Part shown: positions 33,101 through 52,400 of the stretch, one piece after another
How the letters are laid out: each line of letters opens with the position of its first letter
Position numbering within the stretch: the first letter of the stretch is position 1
NCBI GenBank assembly: GCA_963810095.1
Contig: CAWEMM010000011.1
Location: 64,001-128,000 of the forward strand
DNA length: 64,000 nt
Source: an uncultured Chloroflexia bacterium
GTDB taxonomy: Bacteria > Chloroflexota > Anaerolineae > CG2-30-64-16
Direction of reading: 5' to 3'
Notes under the pieces: generated by a model
What the model was told of the DNA's origin: nothing
The model's input: the letters and a program-made list of their open reading frames with translations, nothing else
Databases searched by the model: none
Translations under genes and position numbers: made by a program

Positions 33101-36100
33101 ATGCCGAAAGAGGGCGCAGCTGCGCCCAGCACATCAGACTTGCGCAGCCACTTGAAGCAGCATCTGCCCGACTACATGATCCCCGCTGCGTTTGTGCTCC
33201 TGGACGAGCTCCCGATCAACCCCAACGGCAAGGTTGACCGCGGCGCCTTACAGCGCATCGCACTGCAAGCGCTGAGCTCCGGTCCGGCCGAATCCGAGCG
33301 GGCATACGTCGCACCGCGCAGCCCGGTCGAGCGCTTCCTGGCCGAAAAGTGGCAGGAAGTGCTCGGCGTCGAGAAGGTGAGCGTCACCGACAACTTCTTC
33401 GAGCTGGGCGGCAACTCGCTGCAGGCCGCGGTGCTGACGAACCGGATGCAGGAGGAACTCGGCGCCAGCGCGCACGTGCGCGCGCTCTTCATGGCGCCTA
33501 CGATCGCCGACCTGGCCAACTACCTGGACGAGTATTACCCGGACGCGGTGGCGCGCATCGCCGGCATCGGCGTCGTCCCTGCGGCCAAGCGCGAACCCTC
33601 CGGCCCTGGTACCGGTGGGGCAAGCGCGGAGGGCGTTGGAACTGCGGGTGCGTCGGCTTCGCCCGCCGCCTACACCTTCCAGGAAAAGGTGCGCGCCGCG
33701 CAGGTGGACGATGCGAAGGTGGCACAGTTCGGACAGATCGTGCCGCCGCTGCCCGCTCGCGGCGAGAGCCCGCTCGAGATGACCGACCGGAACCCGCCGG
33801 CCGTGTTCGTCCTGTCGCCGCCGCGCTCCGGCTCCACGCTGCTGCGCGTGATGTTGGCCGGGAACCCGCAGCTCTTTGCGCCGCCTGAGCTCGATCTCAT
33901 GTCCTTCAACACGCTCGCCGAGCGCCGGGATGCCTTCTCCGGGAAGTTCCAGTTCTGGCTCGAAGGCCCGCTGAAGGCAATCATGGAACTGCGGCAGTGC
34001 AGCGCGGACGAAGCAGAGTCGATCATGGCCAGTTTCGAGCGCGCGGGTTGGTCGACCAAACGCTTCTACCGACAACTACAGGAGTGGATCGCGGAATCAC
34101 AGCGCGCGGCGAACTCCGGTCTCCCGGTGTCGCAGCGGATGCTGGTCGACAAGACCCCCGTCTACCCCATGGACCGCCACATCCTGGCCCGGATGGAGCA
34201 GGACTTCGAGAACGCCCGCTACATTCACCTGGTGCGGCACCCGTTCGCGACCGTCTACTCCTTCATGGAAGCCAAGCTGGAAGACATCTTCTTCCGGTGG
34301 GACCACCCCTGGAGCATGCGGGAGTTGGCCGAGCTGGTTTATCTCGTCAGCCATCGCAATATCCTCAACTTCCTGGAACAGATCCCGGCAGAGCGCCAGC
34401 ATCGCGTGTGGTTCGAGGAGATGGTCGGGGATGCGCCGCGCGTAATGCGCGGTATCTGCGACTTCCTGCAGATCGAGTTCCATCCCGATATGCTCGAGCC
34501 GTACAAGGGCGACAAGATGACCTCGGGCATCCGTCCGGGGCACCAGATGGTCGGCGACTTCAAGTTCTACCTGCGGAACAAGATCGATCCGAAAGCTGCC
34601 GATCGGTGGAAGCGTTTCAAGAAGGACGATCGGCTGGCCGAGCAGACCTGGGACGTCGCGCGGCGGCTCAATTACGAGTTGCCGGCAGACGAAGAAGGCG
34701 GGGAGTCCGCAGCCGGGTCGACGAACGGCACGGGGCACAACCAGAACGGTGCACAGAACGCGCCTATCCGCCGCCGGGGTGCGGACGAGCCGCCCGTGCT
34801 CTCCTTTGCGCAGGAGCGGCTGTGGTTTCTCGACCAGTTCGAAGGGGCCGGTGCTAATGGCGGAGGCAGCCCATTCTACAACGTGCCGGCGGCTGTGCGG
34901 CTTACGGGAAACATCGACGTAGGTGCGCTGCGGTGGGCTCTGAACACGATCGTGCAGCGCCATGAGGTGCTGCGCACAACCTTCGCCTCGGTCAACGGCG
35001 TCGCGTCGCCGGTCGTGGCAGAGCACCTCGAAGTCGAGCTGTCCGTGGTCGACCTGGCCTCGTTGCCCCAGGAGATGCGGGAAGTGGAGGCAGGGCGACT
35101 GGCGGCCGAAGAAGCGCGCCGGCCCTTCAACCTGGCGACGGGGCCCCTGCTCCGGGCGACGCTGCTTGACCTGGGAACGAGCGAAAACGGGCGCGAGACG
35201 GTCGCTCTCATCACCATGCACCATATCGTGTCTGACGGCTGGTCAGTCAATGTGTTCATCAGAGAGCTCGCGGCGCTGTACGGCGCGCACACGTCGGAAG
35301 CACGCCCGGGCCAGCCGGAGAATACGGCAGTTTTGCTGCCGCTGCCGATCCAGTACGCGGACTTCGCTGCCTGGCAGCGAAACTGGTTTGCAGGCCATGA
35401 CGACGCACACGCTGGCGGATCGCGGCGTTCGCCGCTGCAAGACCAGCTGGACTACTGGATAGAGCAGTTGAAGGGCCTGCCGGCCCGGCTGGACCTGCCG
35501 ACTGACCGGCCGCGGCCGGCAGTGCAGACGCTGAACGGCGAGCGCTACACCTTCACCCTGCCGGAGGAACTGACGGGGCGCATCAAGGCGCTCGCGCGCA
35601 GCGAGGGCGTAACCCTGTTCATGACGCTCCTGGCCGCGTTCCAGACGCTGCTGATGCGCTACACGGGCGAGGAAGATCTTGCCGTGGGCACCCCCATCGC
35701 AGGCCGCAACCGGCCCGAGATGGCGAACCTCATCGGCTTCTTCGTCAACACCCTGGTCATGCGCGGCGACCTTTCGTCTGCGCCCGGCGAGGCGCCGCTC
35801 ACCTTCCGCCAGTTGCTCAAGCGCACGCAGGCGACGGCGATCAAAGCCTTTGCGAACCAGGACGTGCCGTTCGAAACCCTGGTCGATACCCTGCAGCGGC
35901 AGGGCGCTCAACCCCAGCGCGACATGAGCCACACGCCACTCTTCCAGGTCATGTTCGCACTGCAGGATGCGCCGCTCCAGGCCATGCACGCGCCGGGCCT
36001 CACCCTCAGCCCGCTGCAGCCCGACACAAAGACGGCGAAGTTCGACCTGATGCTCAACGTGGTCGAACGGACCGACGTCCTGCGCTGCGCGCTCGAGTAC

Positions 36101-39100
36101 AACACGGACCTGTTTCGCGCCAGCACCGCCGTCCGGATGGCCCAGCACCTGCAAGTCCTGCTCCAATCGATCGTGTCTGACCTGCCGCGGCAGGGTCCAG
36201 ACACGCCGCTGGCGACGCTGCCGGTGCTCACGCCGGCCGAGCGGCAGATGATGCTGGCCGACTGGAACGACACGCGCACCGACGTGGATACGGGCGATAC
36301 GCTTGCCGCCCGATTCGAGGCGCAGGCGCGGAAGACGCCCGAGGCGCAGGCCGTGATCGCCGAGGTTGAACAAGGCGGCGCGGGCCATTCAACGTCGCTG
36401 ACTTACGCCGAGCTGGATGCCCGGGCCGGAGCGCTCGCCAAGCACCTCGCCTCGCTGGGTGTGGGCCCGGAGAGCATCGTAGGCTTGATGGCCGATCGCT
36501 CGCTCGATCTCCTGGTCGGGGTCGTCGGCATCTGGAAGGCAGGGGCCGCGTACGTGCCGCTCGATCCGGCATATCCCCCGGACCGGCTCGCATACATGCT
36601 CTCGGATTCCGGCGCACGGGTGCTGGTCACCCAGGCGCAGCACGCGCGGCCCGAGGTGGTGGACGATCTGGCAGTCGTCCTGCTCGACTCCGACGCATTA
36701 GGGGTTGCCGGCTCCACATCCGCCGAAACATCGGGGAGGCATGCTGCGCCCGACAACCTGGCCTACGTCATCTACACGTCGGGCTCGACAGGACGGCCGA
36801 AAGGGGTGTCGGTCACCCATCGCACTGCGCTCAACCTGGCCGCCGCGCTGCAGCGAGCCGCGTACGCCGAGCATGGTGACGAGCGGCCCCTGCGCCTCAG
36901 CCTGAACGCGCCGCTGTCGTTCGACGCGTCGGTCCAGCAGCTCGTGATGTTGACGCTAGGTCACACGCTGGTCGTCGTGCCCCAAGACGTGCGCGCGGAT
37001 GCCCCGGCGCTGCTCGCGTTCATCCGCCGCCAGCGCCTGGACCAACTCGACTGCGTGCCGTCGCAGCTCAAGCTGCTGCTCGAGGAAGGACTCCTGGCGG
37101 AGGATGCCGAGTGGCGGCCGTCCATCGTTTTCCCGGGCGGCGAAGCCATCGACGAGCCAACGTGGGCGACGCTGGCCGCCGCGCCCGAGACGCGCTTCTA
37201 CAACATGTACGGCCCGACCGAGTGCACGGTCGACTCGACCACGATCTCGGCTCATGTCGCGCCACGCCGACCCACGATCGGCCGGCCGTTGGCCAACGTT
37301 CGAGCCTACGTCCTCGACCGCAACCTGGAGCCCGCGCCCATTGGCGTGCCCGGCGAGTTGTACCTTGCCGGCGCGGGCGTCTCGCGCGGCTATCTCCACC
37401 GGCCCGATCTCACCGCGGAACGCTTCCTGCCCGACCCGTTTGACGCGCAGGAGACTCCGGGATTTGGGGCCGGCCGCATGTATCGCACGGGCGACCGAGT
37501 GCGCTGGTTACCCGACGGCACGCTTGAATTCCTGGGCCGCGTCGACTTCCAGGTGAAGGTGCGCGGCTTCCGCATCGAGCTAGGCGAGATCGAGGAGGCG
37601 CTGCGGTCACACCCTGGGCTCGCCGAAGCTGTCGTCCTGGTTGCCGAAGACGCGGGGCCCGCCGACGAAGGCATGTCGGGCACGAAGCGCTTAGTCGCGT
37701 ACGTCGTCCCGCGGACCGGCTCGGCAGCGGCGACGCCATTGAGCACGGCCGACCTGCGGCGTCACCTCCTCACCTCGCTGCCCGAATACATGCTTCCTTC
37801 TGCGTTCATGCTGCTCGATGCAATGCCGCTGACGCCGAACGGCAAGCTTGACCGGAAGGCGCTGCTGAAACTGTCGCCCGACGAAGCGGTGCGGACCGAA
37901 ACCGGCACGAGCTATGTCGAGCCGTCCGGCTTCGTGCAGACAACCCTGGCCGAGATCTATGGCCGGGTGCTCGGACTCGAGCGGGTCGGAATCAACGACA
38001 ACTTCTTCGAGTTGGGTGGGGATTCGATCCTTACCATCCAGGCCGTCGCCCACGCTGGCCAGGCAGGCATCACCATCACGCCGAAGCAGATCTTCCAAGC
38101 GCCGACCGTCAGCCAGTTGGCGCTGCTCGCCGAGGCGAGCGCGGCCGCCGGCGAGGCCGGCGTAATGGCGGACGAGCAGGGACCGGTGGAGGGTGACCTC
38201 CCCTTGACGCCCATCCAGCACCGCTTCTTCGAGACCGGCTTCGCACAGCCGCATCACTGGAACCAGTCGCTGCTGCTGGCGGTGCAGGCCCAGATCGATC
38301 CGAAGAGCATGCGGGACGCGGTCGCCGCGGTGCTCGGCCAGCACGACGCGCTCCGGCTGAGGTTCGCCGTGGTCGACGGCCAATGGCGTCAGTGGAATGC
38401 CGGCCTCTCGGACGACGTCCCATTCGAGAGCATCGACCTCTCGGCGCTCGACGAACCGGCTCGGGGCGAGGCATTGCGCGAGCACACTCTGCGCCTCCAG
38501 CAAAGCCTGAACGTCAGCCATGGGCCGCTCCTGCGGGTCGCATACTTTGACTTCGGCCCCAACGCGGCCGGGCGGCTGTTGACCATCGTCCACCACCTGG
38601 CAGTGGACCGGGTCTCCTGGCGGCTCATTCTGGAGGACCTCGGCTCGGCCTATGAACAGGCCTGCAGCGGCCGCGCGCCGCAGCTGCCGCGGAAGACGAC
38701 AGCCTTTCGCGACTGGGCCCGGCGGCTGGCAGAATACGCCGGATCGTCCGGCGTCGCGGCAGAAGCGAAGCGGTGGATGCAGTGGGGCGGGCAGGCCCTG
38801 CCCGCAGCGGAGGCGGCGCCCGTACCCTGCGATTACCCGGCGGGGAGCAACCTTGAAGCCGATGCGCGCACCGTCGCGGTCTACCTGAATGAAGCCGAGA
38901 CGGGAACGCTGATCCAAGAAGCCGGAAAAGCGTACGGGACCGAAGTGAGCGACGCGCTCCTCACCGCGCTCGGCCATGGCCTTCCGCCGCTGGACGGGCT
39001 CGCCCGCGTGCCTGGTGGAAGTCGAAGGCCACGGCCGCCAGGCGGAACTCGTCGGCGCATCGCTCGGAAACGGCGGCGAGAGCAAAATCAACCTCGCGCG

Positions 39101-39668
39101 CACGGTCGGTTGGTTTACATCCGTATACCCGGTCCTGCTGCAGATTCCGCCGCACGACGAGCCCGGCCAGGCGTTGATGGCCGTCAAGGAGCAACTCCGC
39201 GCCACGCCGAACGGTGGGATCGACTACGGGGTGCTCCGCTACCTGTCCACTGACCCGCACATCACGGCGGTCATGCAGGGCTTGCCGCGACCCCAGATCA
39301 GCTTCAACTACCTGGGCCAGTTCATCCAGGAAACGACTGAGGCGGCGTTCGGCAGCGCGGTGTTCCGGCCCGCGCCGGAAAACAGCGGACCCGACCACGC
39401 CGCGGAGCACCAGCGGCAGTATGCGCTTGACGTGACAGTGAGCGTATTTGCCGGCAAGCTTCGGGTCGAGTTTACGTACAGCGATGCGCAATTTGCCCCG
39501 GAGACGGCCGAGACTCTCGCGGACTTCTATGTCGACGCGCTCCGCGGCTTGATCCAGCACTGTCTTTCCCCCGAGGCCGGAGGATACACCGCATCGGACT
39601 TCGCCGACACCGGCTTGAGCGACGAAGGGGTGCGGGATTTGTTGGCAGAGCTCGGCGAGATCGACTGA
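30104..39668 (+). CDS. NRPS 3: C-A3-PCP-sulfotransferase-C-A4-PCP-E (frameshift near 38975)
   Basis: HHIVMDGWS and HHIVSDGWS C domains; GGNSL and GGDSI carriers; E motifs HHLAVD, EGHGR, RTVGWFT, FNYLGQ and YTASDF spread over ORFs 30104..39253 and 38976..39668. Confidence 0.93.
33790..34685 (+). other. Embedded PAPS-dependent sulfotransferase domain (CurM/OLS-like)
   Basis: PAVFVLSPPRSGSTLLRVMLAGNPQLFAPPEL (5'-phosphosulfate loop plus Glu), LVDKTP and YIHLVRHPFATVYSF (3'-phosphate site). Confidence 0.88.
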
Positions 39669-39693
39669 ACCGACACACGCGGATAGGACTGGC

Positions 39694-46469
<6,776 letters not shown>

Positions 46470-46473
<4 letters not shown>

Positions 46474-49400
46474 TGGAGTTGCCGGACAACTTCGCCGACC
46501 TCACGCCAGAACAGCAAGAGCTCCTGGCGCTGCTGCTGGCCGAACAAGGCGTCGAAATGTACGACTCCGCCCTTGCTCCGCGGAAGCAGCCCGGCGAAGA
46601 CGCGCCGTTGTCCTTCTCACAGGCAAGGCTCTGGTTCCTCGACCAACTGGAGCCGAACAGCCCGATGTACAACATGCCAGCCGCGGCCCGGTTGCACGGT
46701 ACTTTGTCTGTTCCGGTCTTGCAAGCCTGCCTGGATGAGATCGCGGCGCGGCATGAGGTGCTGCGGACCATCTTCGTGCGCGGCGATGACGGCCAGGCCG
46801 TGCAGCATATTCTTCCCGAGCTTCACGTGCCGATCACCACGGCCGACCTGAGCGGACTCGCTGCCGCTGCGCAGGAGCAAGAGATTCTCCGATTGGCTTC
46901 GGCAGAGATTCAGCGCCCGTTCGATCTGGCCCGCGGCCCGCTGCTCCGCGTCATGCTGTTGGTGTTGTCCGAGAGCGACGTTCTGCTGCTGCTCAACATG
47001 CACCACATCATCACGGATGGGTGGTCAGTCGGTGTCTTCCTCCGAGAGTTAGGCGCACTTTACGGGGCCTTCGCCAAGGGACGCCCTTCGCCTTTGACCC
47101 CGCTGCCGCTGCAATACGGGGATTATGCCCTTTGGCAGCGCGAGAGTCTGCGGGGCCAGACCCTGGAGCAGCAACTGGCGTATTGGCGTGAAGCACTCCG
47201 TGATGCACCGGCAGTCCTCGAGCTGCCGCTCGACCGGCCGAGACCCCCCGTGCAGACACACCGCGGCGCGGCCCTGGACGTCACTATCGGGGCTCCCGTG
47301 CAGGCCGCTTTGAATCAACTCGCTCAATCCGAAGGCGCCACGCTCTTCATGACCCTGCTGGCCGCTTTCCAGGTGTTCTTATCGCGCTATTCTCGCATGT
47401 CAGACGTCTGCATAGGCACCCCGATTGCGAACCGCACCCGGGGCGAGCTGGAGGGACTGATCGGCTTCTTTACGAACACCCTGGTAATTCGCGCCCGCAT
47501 CGCGCCTGGCATGACCTTCCGCCAGTTCCTGCGAAGCGTTCGCGATGCGACGCTGGCCGCCTACGAGCACCAGGACGTTCCGTTCGAGCAAATCGTCGAG
47601 GCCGTACATCCCGAGCGCACCATGAGTTACTCGCCGCTGTTCCAGGTGATGTTTGCGCTTCAGAACGTGCCTCAGCAGGCCGTCGAGCTCCCCGGCATCA
47701 GACTTAGTTCGGCATCATTCCCCAGCGTTACGGCGAAGTTCGACCTCACATTGAATCTCGGCGAGCGCGGAGACGGTATCGGCGGCAGTATCGAGTACAA
47801 CTTGGACCTGTTTGACGAGACGACGGTCCAGCGGATGATTCAAAACCTGGGAGTCTTGATCGAAGCGGTGGCGATCGATCCCGACCAGGCCGTCGGCGCC
47901 CTGCCGATTATGACGCATACGGAACGCGCGCTCGTGATGGACGCGTGGAACGATACCGCGATGGCCTTCCCCGCCGATACGACGATTCATGCGCTCATCG
48001 CGGAATGGGCCGAGCGCACGCCAGACGGCGTGGCCGCAGAGTTTGCCGAACTGACCGAGCAAGGGCTCCGTACCACGCCCCTCACGTACCGCGAGCTTCA
48101 CGACCGGGCCAACCGCCTCGCCCACCATCTGCGACAACTTGGCGTCGGCACAGATGCGGAGCGAAGCAGCACATTTGTCGGGTTATCCGTGACGCGCTCG
48201 CTCGAAATGGTTGTGGGCATCCTGGGCATCCTCCGAGCCGGCGGCGCGTACTTGCCGCTGGACCCCGGCTACCCGGCCGACCGCCTCGCCTTCATGATCG
48301 CAGACTCGGGAACCCGCATTCTGGTCACAGAAGGGGCGATTGCCTCCCGGCTGCCCCTATCCGGCGCGGGAGTTCCGCCTGACCTGGCCGTCGTACGGAT
48401 TGACGAGGACTGGAACGAGATCGCTGCCCAGCCCCCCACCGATCCCCACGCTGCCGTGGGACCCGACGATCCCGTCTACTGCATCTACACGTCCGGTTCG
48501 ACGGGCCGGCCCAAGGGCACCCCCGTCCGCCACCGCAGCATTTGCAGCCTTGCCACGGCCGCCGCGCGCGACTTTGACATGGCTCCCGGCAAGAGAGTTC
48601 TGCAGTTCGCCGCGTTCTCCTTCGACGCGTCTGTCTGGGAGACCACGATGGCGCTGCGCAACGGCGCCACGCTGATCTTGGCCAGGCAGGAAGTCCTCGC
48701 TTCGGGGCCTGAGCTGCTCCGGCTACTCAAACTTGCCCGCATCACCACCGTCATTCTACCTCCCGCGCTCGCAGCCGTGCTGGAGCCGGTCCCGCTGCCC
48801 GACCTTACCACGGTGCTGTGCGGGGGCGAGCGGGTCACAAATCAGATGGTGCGGCGATGGGCCCCGGGGCGGCGCTTCATAAATGCGTACGGCCCGACTG
48901 AGACAACGGTGTGCGCAACCATGCGCGTCTGCCACGAAACAGAGGTGTGGCCGTTCGGGGGCCCGCCCATTGGACGCCCGGTCGCGAACCTCCGCTGCTA
49001 CGTGGTGGACGATGCCGGTGCGGGTCTGCAGCTTCAGCCGGTCGGAGTGGCAGGCGAGCTGGTTATTGCGGGGGTTGGCGTCTCGCAGGGATATCTTAAC
49101 CGCCCCGAACTGTCTGCCGAACGCTTCATTGCGGAGCTACCGGCCCCGGTCGCCCGTTCTGCGAACGGCGCAGAGGCAGGCCCCATCTCCGGCCCGCTTT
49201 ACCGCACGGGCGACCTCGTGCGCTGGTTGCCCGGCGGCGAGATCGAATACCTGGGCCGGATGGATGACCAGGTGAAGGTGCGTGGGTTCCGCATCGAGCT
49301 TGGCGAGATCGAATCGGTCCTGCGGGGGCATCCCGACGTCAAGGACGGCCTCGTCACTGTGCGCGGCGACGCGCTTGTGGGCTACTACATTCCCAAGGGG

Positions 49401-52400
49401 GGTGAGGCCACGATAGAGACGGGGCGGCCTGCTGCAACTGAGCTGCGCGCACATCTGCGCCAACACCTGCCCGAGTACATGGTGCCGGCTGTCTTCGTGC
49501 CAATGACGTCCTTCCCGCTGTCGCCCGCCCAAAAGGTGGACCGGCGCTTGCTGCCTCCACCGAACCAGGTCGCAGGGAATGAGTACGTCGCGCCACGCAC
49601 GCCGACCGAGGAGCTCCTGGCGAGCGTCTGGACGCAGCTTCTGAACGTACCGCGTGTGGGCGCCGACGATAGTTTCTTCGAGCTGGGCGGGCACTCGCTT
49701 TCGGCCACGCAGCTTGTCTCCCGCGCCCGGGCAGCATTTGGCGTCGAGGTGCCGCTGCGGGCGCTGTTCGAGACGCCCACCTTGTCGGGGCTCGCAGCCG
49801 CGATTGACCACCTGCGGGCTGCCGCGCTGGACACAGTTGCGCCCCCGATTGCCAGCGTGCCGCGACAGGGGGATGCAGACGGCAAAGTGCGCCTACCGCT
49901 CTCCTTTGCGCAGCAGCGCCTGTGGTTCCTCGATCAGTTCGAGGGTGCCGAGAACGGGGGCACCTCGCTCTACAACATTCCGGTCGCCGTGCGCTTGAAG
50001 GGCCGCCTGGACGGTGCGGCTCTGTCGAACACGCTCGCAGCGCTTGCCGAGCGGCACGAGTCGCTGCGTACCTCGTTCGAGAGCGTCGACGGGAAGCCGG
50101 TCCAGGCCATCGCGCCGCACGGCGCGCTCTCCCTCAACGTAGTCGACCTATCGGACGTGGAGGAGGCTGAGGTAGAGGCGGCGATCATGACCCACGCCGA
50201 GGCGGAGGCCGGCAGGCCGTTCGTCCTTGCCAGTGGCCCCTTGGTTCGGGTTACGCTCCTGCGCCTGCACGCCGAGGAGCATGTCCTGCTCTTTACGATG
50301 CACCACATAATCTCGGATGGGTGGTCCAGCGGCGTCCTGATCCGCGAGTTCGGCGAGTTGTACGCGGCGCTCGCGTCGGGCGCAAACATTCAGCTTGCTC
50401 CACTCGCCCTGCAGTATGCGGATTATGCCGTCTGGCAGCGGAAGTGGCTACTCGACCGGGCGGGCAAAGACGACCGGGACGAGGCAGCGACGCCGTTGCA
50501 GAAACAGCTGGCTTACTGGCGCGAGGCCCTGAAGGGTGCGCCGGCGCTGCTCGAGCTGCCCACCGACCGGCCCAGGCCGGCGGTCCCATCGCACGGCGGA
50601 GCGGCCATTGCATTTGAGCTGCCGGCGGACCTCACCGAGCGCGTGCGGCGGCTTAACCGCGAGGAAGGTGCCACTGTCTTCATGACCTTGATGGCCGCTT
50701 TCCAGGCCCTGCTGTCGCGCCTGAGTGCGCAAACGGATATCTTGGTGGGGACCCCGGTCGCCAACCGCACGCATGCGGAGTTGGAAGGGATTATCGGTTT
50801 CTTCGTCAACACGCTAATCATGCGGGCCCAATTCGGCGACGGGCCCTCGTTCCGCCGGCTGCTGGGCCAGGTTCGAACCGCGGCACTCGGCGCCTACGCA
50901 TACCAGGACGTCCCGTTTGAGAAGCTCGTGGACGAGCTCGAAGTCGTGCGGGACGCCAGCCACAGCCCCCTGTTCCAGGTGATGTTTGTCTGGCAGGAGC
51001 AGCGTCAGAGCGCCATGTCCGCGCCCATCACGCTGCCCGGCCTGAGCCTTTCGCCGATCCCAGTTCACGGCGGCACGGCCACGTTTGACCTCACCCTCGC
51101 GATGGCCGACGGCCCGCGGGGGTTGAGCGGTTGGCTCGAGTACTCCACCGACTTGTTCGATCGCTCCACAGCAGAACGCTTCGTCCGGCTGTTCGAGACC
51201 CTGCTGACCAACGTCCTGGCCACTCCCGACCTCCCGATCGCCCAGGTTCCGCTATTGACCGCCGAGGAACGCCGCATGGTCGTCGAGGACTGGAACGACA
51301 CGGCGGTTCCGGTTCCGGCGGTGTCGCTCCATGGGGCGTTCGAGCAGCAGGTCGCCCGCACTCCAGACGCCGTGGCGCTCGTGTTTGCCGGCGACGGCGG
51401 ATCGCGGCTGCGCTGCGAAGTCACGTATGCCGAGCTGAACCGCCGCGCGGACGGGGTGGCAAGCGAGCTGCAGCGGCTCGGCGTACGGCGAGAAGAGATC
51501 GTCGCCATCTCGGTCGAGAAGTCGGTCGAGCAGATCGCGGGCTTGCTCGGCATCCTGAAGGCGGGCGCGGCCTACTTGCCCATCGACCCCGCGTACCCCA
51601 CCGAACGCATTGCGTACCTGTTGGCCGACTCCGGTGCACAGGTCTTGCTCACGCAATCGCACCTCGCACAAGGCTTCGCCGGGCTGCACCTGCGCCACGT
51701 CGTCTGCCTTGACGAGTTCGTGGAGGCTCAGCGCGCCGGGCAAGCAGCCCTGGCGTCGCAGCCTCTGGCCCCAGCCCCGCACACGAGCGCGGACAGCCTG
51801 GCCTATGTGATCTACACCTCGGGGAGCACCGGGCAGCCCAAAGGCGTCATGGTCGAGCACCGCAACATTGTCAACCATGCGCATGCGCTGATGGCGCAAA
51901 CCGGCATCGGCCCGGGCGACCGGATGCTCCAGTTCGTCTCCCTGAGCTTCGACGCGGCCGGCGAGGAGTTTTACCCCACCCTGCTCTCGGGTGCGACCCT
52001 TGTCCTGCCCGCGGACAGCCAGGCGCTGCTGGGAACCGAGCTGCCGGCCTTCTGCGAGGTGCATGGCATCACCCTCCTGCACATGCCGGCGACGGCATGG
52101 CACGGCGTGATTGACGGCCTGTCGGCCCAGGGGGAGGCGTGGCGCGGGCCACTTCGCCTGCTGATGCTGGGGGGCGATGCCCCGGACCCGGCGAGGCTCA
52201 TTGCGTTCCGGAAGCTCCTCGACAGGGAAATCCCGTTCATTAACCTCTACGGCCCAACCGAAGCGACCATCACCGCAACAACATTCCAGACGACCGGCCT
52301 CACGGCGCTGCAGAAGGTGCCGATCGGCCGTCCCATCGCCAATGCGGCGGTCTACGTGTTGGACGCGGCCGGGCAACCCTCGCCTATCGGCGTGCCGGGC

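Noticed and set aside
33790-34800. Olefin-forming ST-TE termination module
   Set aside because: No GxSxG thioesterase follows; the ST is followed by a C domain and many more modules.
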